64,000 nucleotides of DNA from Thalia democratica (lineage: Eukaryota): the NCBI GenBank assembly GCA_965202585.1, contig OZ241829.1, positions 74,028,001-74,092,000 on the forward strand, in the 5' to 3' direction. The notes under the pieces are model-generated. The model was not told the DNA's origin and did no database searches. It saw only the letters and a list, made by a program, of their open reading frames with translations. A program made the translations under genes and the position numbers. Each line of letters starts with the position of its first letter. Position 1 is the stretch's first letter. Below are positions 54,933-64,000 of the stretch, piece after piece.

Positions 54933-57374
54933 ATGTTTAAAATTTTAAAAAGTAGTTATTGTCTGACAACTGTTAAGCTGGGTAATAAGCTTATATCAAC
55001 AGAATGTAAAGTGAAAAGAAATGAACTGTTAAATAATTTTCTAAAGGAATGTTTGAATAAATTGGTTTGTCCTAAGTGGATTATTGCTAGAATCTACAAA
55101 AGTAGATTAAAATACAGCTACAAAGTTGAAAAGATTTTTCTAAAGTTGGAAACCAGAAAAATTGAAGAGAGGTTAATTAACTTAAAAGACTCTGCAGTTA
55201 GTATTAAAAATAGTTTAAAAATAAAGTTAAAAGAAGAACATTTTAATGAATTTATTAGTTATTCTGAAAATATTACTAAAAAGCAGCAAGAGAAGTATTT
55301 GGCAAAAAACAAAAAGAACCTAAACAGACTGGTAGAACTTAAATTTTGAAACTTTACCAAGCAAAGTGTCAAAAACTTATCTTCTCAAAAATTTGATGAA
55401 AAAGACTTGACTGCGTTAAGCTATGGAATGAATTTTTCACTCCCAGCAAAAAAGGTTGATCAAGTTGCTACTTATTTAGGATTTAAGAAATATTTAAATC
55501 AACTTTTAAAACTCCAGCCAAGTTTAAAACAGGATGAAGTTGCTTTGAAAGCAAACTTAGTCTCAGTTGCACACAACTTTTGCAAACTTAAGCCAGAACA
55601 TAGTTCTGTAATTAATTCAAAAGAAATCATAAGTAGCCTGACTAAGATTAAAAGTAATGAACATATTGTCATTACCAAACCTGACAAAGGTTCAGGAATC
55701 GTAATTCTTAATAAAGAGGACTATAATTCTAAAATGTTGAACATAATTAATGATGAGAAGAAGTTTTTGAAAATAGGTCCTGTAGGAGATAAGCTAACTA
55801 TAGTTAAGTTGGAAAAGAAAATTATTCAAATATTAAAAGATTTGGTGGATAAAAATGAACTTTCTCAAGAACATTATAATTTAATTAGACCGGTAGGTTC
55901 CATAAGACCTCGTTTATATGGTTTACCAAAACTACACAAAGTGGATATACCTCTGAGGCCTATACTTTCTATGATAAGATCTCCATAACATGAATTGGCA
56001 AGATACTTAAATAGTCTTTTGGATCCTGTGTTGAAGTATTTTTCTAGATATATTGTAAAAGACTCTTTCAAGTTTGTAGATGACTTAAAACTCCAGGGAG
56101 CTAAAGACACGTTTCTTTGTTCTTTTGATGTAAAAAGTCTTTTTACAAGTTTACCTTTAAATGAAGTGATAGATATTTGTGCAGAAATGTTATATAACCT
56201 TGAAAATCCGACTCTGAAAAGAAGTAATTTTGTTCGACTAATGAGACTCGCAACAGAAGAAGTTGAATTCAGTTTTAATAATATATTATACCGACAAATT
56301 GATGGTATTGCCATGGGTTCCCCATTAGGACCTACATTAGCAAACATATTTATGGGCTATCTTGAATACAAAGTTCTACCAGAATTCGATTCAAATTGTA
56401 AGTACATGAGATACGTGGATGATTGTTTTGTTATCAGTGATAGTGTAAAAGTTAGTAATTTATTGTTTGAGAGGTTGAACTCTTTGCATAGTGCTATTAA
56501 ATTTACAAAAGAAAATGAAGAAAATGATCAAATATCATTTTTAGATGTTTTAATCAAAAGAAAGGATAATAATTTCATAACGTCTATTTTCAGAAAACCA
56601 TTTACTGGTCAATACCTTAAATTTCAATCATATTGCAGTAAAAGAAGAAAAATTGGTTTGATTAAAACCCTATTTCATAGAGCAAATAAAATATGTTCGC
56701 CAGAAGTATTTCAGAATGAACTTAAGGTTATAAAAGAATTACTAATAAAGAATGGATACCCTAATCCGTTGATTGATAAGGTATTCAAAACTGAATTGAG
56801 AAGACTAAAGTACACAAAACCTTATGGACCAGAGAAATGTCCTGTTCTATTAATTTTGCCCTATGTGGGTGAAAAATCAAAACAAGTTGAAAGAGATATC
56901 AAGAATATGACAGAAAAAGTTTACCATGCTTCTAAACCAAGAGTAATTTTTACATCTGCTGCTATCCTAAATCCTAGAGGTAAAGATCTAATATCCTACA
57001 AACACAAAAGTTGCGTGGTATACACGTATAAATGCTGTTGCGCAAACAGCTATATAGGACAAACATCTAGGCATTTAGAAACAAGAATAAAAGAGCACGT
57101 ACCTAAGTGCGTGAAAGACCATATAAAAAATCAACCGAAGAAAATGAGTATTGCAACCTTAAACGCAACAAAAAGATCATCAATTTCAGAGCACTTAGTA
57201 AAAAATCCTAAATGTGGTAATAATTACAGTGAGACAAAGTTCAAAGTTTTAAGAAGTTGCACGAACATTTTTGATTTAATTAAAATAGAAGCTATTTATA
57301 TTCACTTGGACAAGCCAGAATTATGCAAACAAAGAGAGTTTGATTACTCTTTATCCTTGTTTAAATTAGACTAA
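54933..57374 (+). pseudogene. Penelope-type reverse transcriptase / GIY-YIG endonuclease ORF with two in-frame stops
   Basis: ORF-track pieces 54825-55349, 55407-55988 and 55995-57374 are in one frame; motifs RPRLYGLPKLHK, SFDVKSLFT, QIDGIAMGSPLGPTLANIFM, RYVDD, FLDV, NGYP, VVYTYKC...SYIGQTSRHLETRIKEH; first ATG after the pLTR at 54933 gives 813 codons before the final stop; internal stops TGA 55347 and TAA 55986. Confidence 0.9.
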
Positions 57375-57601
57375 TTTTGTTTTGTTTTAAATGTTACAGT
57401 TAATTATGTTTTCCTTGTTGTTTTTAATTTTTTGTTATAGTTTAGGGTTTTTTTTTTACTAATTGATTGATAATTTCTCATATAATTAAAAAGGCTATAT
57501 AAGTTTAAAATTTGTTTTACCTTGTTACAATTGTAATCACACTGAAGAAAATTGTTGAAATATATTTGTGTTGTGAAAATAAACTTGTTTTATGTATAAA
57601 A
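57266..57601 (+). repeat. 3' pseudo-LTR
   Basis: Direct repeat of 54580-54914; contains the ORF C-terminus and AATAAA. Confidence 0.93.
57538..57570 (+). ncRNA. Candidate minimal type I hammerhead ribozyme (3' pLTR)
   Basis: Identical to 54851-54883. Confidence 0.6.
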
Positions 57602-60600
57602 CTTTAAGCATTGTTACATTTAATTTGTATATAATATAAATGATGGTAACAATTACTTTGCTTAATTTGAAATACACAAATAATTTTTTTTATAGCTATA
57701 AATATATCAGTAGTAGTAGAAATTTTTCTTTGTGTGCTTTCTAGCCCTGTTAAAATAAAAGTATATTAAAACTTTAATATACAAAACACAAAAAGCTCCA
57801 TTAGTGTAAAAAATTGTTTTTAAGCTTACAAAGCTAAAAATTTTATTTAAATTTTCTAAATTTTTTTTACAAAGTTCTTCAGGAAAATTTCTAGATTAAA
57901 AAGAGTGATTGTTATACGTAATTATTTATTTACTTTAGTCATACTTAAGAACTCACAAAAATTTGGTTTTATTACTAGTTAACAAAATTTTAATATTTAA
58001 AAATAAAAATAATATCATTTTCAGAGCAGTTTTTAGTTACAAGTCTGTAGCTTTAACTTTTAATTAAACTTTCAAAGTTGATATAAAGCAATTTTCACTT
58101 ACAAAGACTTTAAGTTGGTTGTTTTAAGAATTTCAAGTATAAGTTTATAAATTTACTCGTTTATAATTTTAAAATAGTGTATTAGCAAGCGAATAAAAAT
58201 ACTTTTTGAAATAATAAAAAACGCAATGTATCTGTAATATTGTTGTAATAAAAGCTTTTTGAGTAAAACAAAATACTGACCTTTAGATTTTCATTAAATG
58301 CATTTAATCACTTACTTATGAGATAGTCAGTAGCCAAAAAGCTCATGTTTTTGTAACTAGTTTATAAATTTGTTATAGTTTAAAATATAAAATCTTGTAG
58401 TTCAAAAACTTTGTAGCTACTTATACGTAGCTTTTAATTTTTCTTATTTACTAATACTGAAGTTAAGCAAATATATAAGATCAGCATGATTGTTTTTTGT
58501 TAGCAAGTTATTTTTTTTTATATTTAGTTATGTTCGGGAGGTTCTTTCGTGCACAAGGTCCTTAGACCAAATTTTCTGAGCGCTTTTCTTTTATACATCA
58601 TTAAACAATGTTTTTATTAAAAGTAAAAACATGCTAGAACTACAAGTAAATACATACTTAGCTAAATAAAAACATAGTTAAGGTTAAATATCAAAAATTA
58701 TTATTTTGAATAGATTTCAAAGCTCATTTTATGGACTTATTTACTTACTTGAGAATTTCAATAGCTTAAACTCTAGTTTTTGTAACTAGTATAAATATTT
58801 CTAAGAGTTTTAATAACAACTTATATTCCCATTTCGCTTGTACTAAAATGTAGCTTTATTAATATTTTTTTTTTACTTTTTAGTTGTCAGCAACAAATCA
58901 ATGCTAAATTTCAATAGCTTTAAACTTTTTTTTTTTATTAGTTATAAATTAAGTTGCAAGTTTGTTTGTCACCTATCTCAATTTGAAATTGAAGATGGCG
59001 ATTACAAATCGGTTCAAGAATTAATAAAAACACAATGTATTTTCAGTATTGGCAGTTTGGAAATACTTTAAATGTTGTTAATATCAGTTAAATATCAACA
59101 GACTAAAGGAAAACGCATAGTAAAATGGAGAACTAAAAGTAAGTTAAAAGTTTCCAAAAGTTTTGTTTGATAGCTTAAACACATATGTTTATTTACTTGT
59201 TTTATTATCACATAATACAATTTGGTAGATTTTATTAAAATATTTATTACTAAGTCAAATTAGCGTTTAAACATTTTAACATTCTATTTGAAAAAAAAAG
59301 AAAAAAAACTTGTATATATAAATTAGAAAAGTAAACCTTAACTTTAATATCTCAAATGTTTTTTTTTATTCTTAAAAGTAAACAAAAATCAAACTCAATT
59401 TTTATTTGCATAAACACTTGTTTTTGTAGCTAGATTAAGTATCACAGCACACGAACTGATTATAAGAACTTTTTTATTATTTTCATTTTATAAGAACTTT
59501 CTGTTTATTTGTATTATTGTATTGTGCTCAGTTAAGCCATAAGACCGTGCGAGACGCAAACTAATTAATTATAAGATTTTTTTTTCATTTTATAAGATCT
59601 TGATGTTCATTTGTATTATTGTTTTATATTGTGCTTAGTCCAGCCATAAGATCGTGTAAGAAGCACATAACAATTTAAGACTCTGAGTTACTAGTAAGAC
59701 CTATTTATGTACTTAAGATTGTAAAATTCAGAAATTTTAAGAACATTATTAAGAACATTTTAATTTGTAAAATTTGGTGTTTACTTGTTGTTTTTATATT
59801 CGCAGTTTTATTCTATTGATAAATTGCCTACTTTGTCATTCCACTTTCTATTGATATCACATATTCAATAAACTCACTTCATTAAAGAAATTATTTATTT
59901 TAACTATATTACATACTTATTAATTACTAAGTTAAACCCCTAATGAGTAAGATAAATTGAGTAAAAGCTTAAAATCTAAATGCACTAAGCCTCTAGCACA
60001 ATCAAGGGGCTTTCCCCCAATTAAAGTTAGTTCCTACCACAGGCCCTGAGGACTACATTTAAAGCAAAACCATTTTTAATCTAGAAACACTAAATTCCTA
60101 AAGGTCCATCAGTGTACAAAGTTGGTTTTAAACTTACAAAGCGAAAAATATGGTCTATTTCTTCAGAAAATTTCTTACAAACCTCTTAGAAAAATTGCCA
60201 GATAAAAAAAATAGATTGTTATAACAATAATCACTTACTTGTGTCATATTTAACAACTCACAAACAATTGGTTTTGTTATTAGTACATAAACTTTTAAAT
60301 TTTGAAACAACGCCAAAAGCATTTAGAACAATTTGTAGCTACAAGTATGTAGCTTTCACCATTAACTATTTTTTTTCAATACTGAAAAGAAGCAATATTT
60401 ATTTACAACGACTTTAAATTTAATTATGCAAATTATTAAAAAAACATTAAGTGTCAAGTTGCAAATTTACGCATTAGTAATTTATAGATAAAGTATAAAC
60501 AAGCAAGAACATTTTCTTTTGAAAGTAATAGAAACGCAATGTATCTCTAATATTGGTATTTAAATAGCTTTTCAAAAGCTTAAATGTAGCGGTAAATTTA

Positions 60601-61262
60601 AAAACACCATTTACATACTTTATTACAATAAACAGTTGATAACGTCAAAAAAAAGAAATAGCTCAAAATACAAGTAATTTAACCGTTTTTTGTAAATAAA
60701 ATTGTCTTATGGGTTAAAGAATTATAAATTTTTTAAGAAGTGTTCACAGACTTAAAAAAAATTAAAATTAGCTTTTTCAAGAAAAGTTGAACTCTAAGAA
60801 ATATGCTATATAAGATATATTTATCTTAAACACAGTTATATTTTACTAATCTAGTTTTTATTGCTGAACTTAATAACAGAAAGATTAAAATTTATATGCT
60901 GTGTAATAACAAACTAGTTTTTAACAACTATAATAATTAATAAATCTGTATTTTTTTTTAAATTAAATATGATTTATAGTTTTCTTCCGCACACTCTTCT
61001 AAAATACGATCTTTAAGACAAACTTTTGAGTTCAATTATATTTCTAATTAGGTTGGTGCTTTTAAGTACGCATTTCATGTTGATTTGGGATGTCTTCACA
61101 AATGATCATTATAGAAGAAAAATTTTTTAACAAGACTAAAATGCTTAAAATTCATACTAATATATAGTTAAATAAAATACGGTAAGCTAAGATTTACTAT
61201 GAGTTGTGTTCAAAAAATTATAACTTATTAGTGCTTCAAACTAAGCTGAAAAGTTTCGTGTA
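57602..61262 (+). repeat. ~3.7 kb higher-order unit paralogous to ~17010-20585
   Basis: Collinear blocks; homology breaks after AAACTAAGCTGAAAAGTTTCG at ~61260. Confidence 0.9.
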
Positions 61263-63034
61263 AAAAAAAAGTTTCTTTCTTTTAGCCAATGGTAAATTAT
61301 ATTTAAATATTAAATAAGATATATTTTGTAATAAACTTAATTATAAAAATTAAGAGTCGAAAACTTATTATTTTGCTTTTTTTTCAAAATATGATGTATA
61401 TAGAGAAAAACAAATTTACATTTATCATGAAAATTTAAAAAAATTCAAAATTGCAAAAACAGTTTCTCACAATTAATAATAGAAACTTCTTTAAAAAATC
61501 TCTTGATATCTTTTAAAAGTTATTCTTTCACAGGTTTCCAAAAACACAAGAACTTTATATTATTCAGCAATAATTATATATGAAATATGAATATAAGTTA
61601 TTTGATTAATTTATATATTTTTAAAATTTATAATAAAATAATAAAATTTGTTTGTATTGTGAAACTCTAATGTAGGTTTCTAGAAAATTAGAGGTGCAAA
61701 AATCGTTTTTAGAAGTTTAGAGGTGCAAAGCTGGCTTTACTGTAATGAATAAAAAGTAAATATGTTGCGTGTAATAATTGTCTGAAAAAATAGTTGATTG
61801 AAGGAAACAAAAAACTTGATGTAGTTTTTATAAACTTCTGCTCCTAGTTATACTTAATTTAACTAAAATTAATTTATTACTCTTTTTCAAAATGTTTTTC
61901 AGTACTTATTTCGTTTATACTTACGTTATTTCAACTGTTCATAATAAAAAAAATTTAAAGAAATTTTTGTCTACTAAAGTACTAATTTAAGTCGTAATTA
62001 AAACATTTTGTATATTATATAGATTTAGGCAAAGGTTTTTAAGAAGATTACCTTGGCGAGATTTGACTAATCTCGGACTTTTTATACAAATAACCATGTC
62101 TGTTTAATTGTTTTTTTTTTTCTTTAGGACTAAGTAGGAATTTATTAATAATGTAAAATCAAGAAGGTCAATCGACGTAATATACTTTTGCAGTTTGTTT
62201 AACGACATAACTGTTTTAATATCTCTGTAATACCTAAAAATCTAGCTTTTTTTCTTAATATAACAAATGGATTTAATTTCTACTAGTGTTTTTTGAAAAG
62301 GTTTTTTGAAAATTATTTTTAGAAAACAATAGTATAATTTAAAAAAATGTAACACACTAAACAACTTTTTCTAGTACTTTGCATAATTAGACATATATAG
62401 AACGAGTTGCGTAAAAATTAAACATCTTGGATGTTAAACAATTTATTTAAATCAGAATCTCAAAATAAAACTTATGTACGTTCAAAATTAGGTTAGCAAT
62501 TGATAAGTCTTGGGCAGATTTTTTAGGAAACGTTATCACTTAACAACATTACATGCATCAAATCTAAGTTGTCTAAAATGTTTAAATTTTGTGTTCTCAT
62601 AAAAAATATAAATACAAATAAAAACAATTAGAGTAGTTGCTTAAAATTTAATAAATTTAAACAAAAATTTTATGCACTTGATAACTGATTATTAATAACT
62701 GTTTGATTATTAATTAACTTATTCAAATCATTAATTGACGTAATATGCATAGAACCACATACACTAGTTTTTGTAGCTAACTAATATATTACACAATTTG
62801 TATTCAAACCTTAAATTATTTTTCAATAATTTTGGCAGAGTTTTATCGATGTAAATTTTAATTGTTTTTAATCTTAAAAAAATACTTAATAAAAATAAAT
62901 ATAATTTAAAGTAACTATAAAGTAGACTTCTAAAAACGTAACTTAAACAATAATAAAAAACTTGTATAAAATAAAAACTTTGTTGAAACAAATAATTGTA
63001 GTCGTTGTAAATGTAAAATCTGAAATTTAACATT

Positions 63035-63665
63035 AAAAATTGCTTACCTTTAGAATTTCATTATATGCATTAAGCCACTTGCCTATGTGATAATCAGTAT
63101 CACACAAACTCTTAATTCTCTAACTAGTTTGAATATTTTTAAGATTTTGCTAACACAATTACTTTTTCTATTGCGATTTTGTAGCTACTAACACGTAGCC
63201 TTGAATCTTTGTTATTTACTTACTACTGTAATAAAGCAGCCCTAAATTAGAACAGAATGATTGCTTATTTTTTATCAGTTTAAATTTTTGAATCGTTTTG
63301 GTAAGTTTGAGACATTCTTTCGTGCACCAGGCCCTTAGACTAAAATTTCTGAGCACTTTTCTTTTGTAGTTCAATAAACAATGTTAATGTTATAATTAAA
63401 ATATTTACCTTGTTAAATCTAGTCATAGTAAGTGTTAAAAATCAAAAAAAAATATTAGTTTGAATTTTGTTTAAAGCTCATTTTATGGATTACCTACTTG
63501 ATTTCCAATAGCCTATAAGCTGGTGCTTTTGAAGCTAGTTTAAATAATTTTAAGAATTTGAAAATATATCTACTTTCTTTTGCAATTTTGTGGCTACTTA
63601 CATGTAGATTTTAATCTAAATATATTACGTAATACAGTAGTAAATCAACGCTAATTTACAACAGC
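63035..63665 (+). repeat. Run of 2 monomers
   Basis: Motifs at ~63178 and ~63588; TTCTTTCGTGCACCAGGCCCTTAGAC at ~63315. Confidence 0.85.
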
Positions 63666-64000
63666 GTGACCATTTATTTTTTATTTAGGTTGTAAAATTT
63701 ACTTTTTAACAAAACTATTTTTATAGTTAAAACGGCTAAAGCAGGTTGGTAATAGAAAAAAAAAGTAAAACAAGGCATCTCTATACTAGTGTTTAGATAG
63801 GTTTTAAGTTTTAAATTTTGTTAGCTTGCTTGAATTGTTTTTTGATAAACTAATTTTAGAAAACAGAAGCAAATATAAAAGTATATGTAACTCTAAAAAA
63901 ACTTCTTTTTTTCAAGTACGAAATATAACAACTATTACTGGGACAACTTTCGTAATACGTTTTGTATAGTAGTATCTTTTAACCAATCGTTTTTAATGTA

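Larger units (their letters stand above)
54580..57601 (+). mobile_element. Penelope-like retroelement with tandem pseudo-LTRs
   Basis: RT + GIY-YIG reading frame flanked by ~335-bp direct repeats; ORF 3' end overlaps the downstream repeat, as is typical of PLEs. Confidence 0.95.
1..64000 (+). repeat. Hierarchical degenerate tandem array (composite macrosatellite) occupying most of the window
   Basis: The same set of blocks recurs in + orientation from end to end; ~48 copies of GATTTTGT(G/A)GCTACTTACA(T/C)GTAGCTTTT, mostly ~390-430 bp apart within runs (e.g. 935/1352, 12058/12460/12868, 27238/27645/28012, 63178/63588); copies differ by many substitutions and indels. Confidence 0.92.

Noticed and set aside
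55347-55988. Stop-codon reassignment or readthrough in the RT ORF
   Set aside because: Two different stops (TGA, TAA) at unrelated positions, each one substitution from a sense codon; point mutation or sequencing error is simpler.
55499-56347. Minus-strand ORFs of 62 and 157 aa
   Set aside because: Antisense shadows of the RT coding region; no independent motifs.
61686-61730. TTAGAGGTGCAAA direct repeat as a TE end
   Set aside because: Two copies only, with no partner terminus or TSD found; too little to call.
1805-63033. Remaining 60-90 aa ORFs in the track (e.g. 1805, 8266, 11682, 23140, 30073, 31729, 38960, 48296, 54143, 62764)
   Set aside because: They lie in repeat blocks whose other copies are interrupted (or, for 54143, antisense to the second PLE); low-complexity F/L/K/I composition expected from AT-rich DNA.
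930-63610. CRISPR-like repeat-spacer array
   Set aside because: Sequences between the palindromic motifs are homologous to each other, ~400 bp long, and there are no cas genes; context is eukaryotic.
790-63665. Dscam-like array of minus-strand exon cassettes (many GTAAGT, GTATGT and AG|GTCAGT donors and TTTAG acceptors on the minus strand)
   Set aside because: Candidate exons are 52-56 nt or variable in length because of homopolymer indels, and stops appear in every frame across copies; no consistent phase or protein.

Overview
Very AT-rich (roughly a quarter GC by eye) eukaryotic, metazoan-like DNA; composition and transposon types would fit a cnidarian such as Hydra, but the species cannot be determined here. 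No intact host gene, rRNA, tRNA or CRISPR array is visible. Most of the window is one degenerate, same-orientation, hierarchical tandem array. About 48 copies (hand count) of a ~400-410 bp monomer, marked by the hairpin GCTAC-TTACAT-GTAGC plus T-run and usually by a GTTCTTTCGTGCACCAGGTCCTTAGACC block, occur singly or in runs of 2-4. These are embedded in multi-kb units that also carry an older diverged monomer and a ~1 kb block bounded by hAT-like inverted ends; three multi-kb segments are recognisably paralogous. Younger insertions punctuate the array: a near-intact Penelope-like retroelement (54580-57601; RT + GIY-YIG, two in-frame stops, near-identical pseudo-LTRs each with a candidate minimal hammerhead ribozyme), a truncated second-family Penelope fused head-to-head to it, a ~220-bp-arm foldback with an empty paralogous site, three MITE/hAT-like elements, and a decayed exon-like island at 3.7-5.7 kb. 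Repeat boundaries were read by eye and are approximate (about +/-20 bp) unless termini are quoted.
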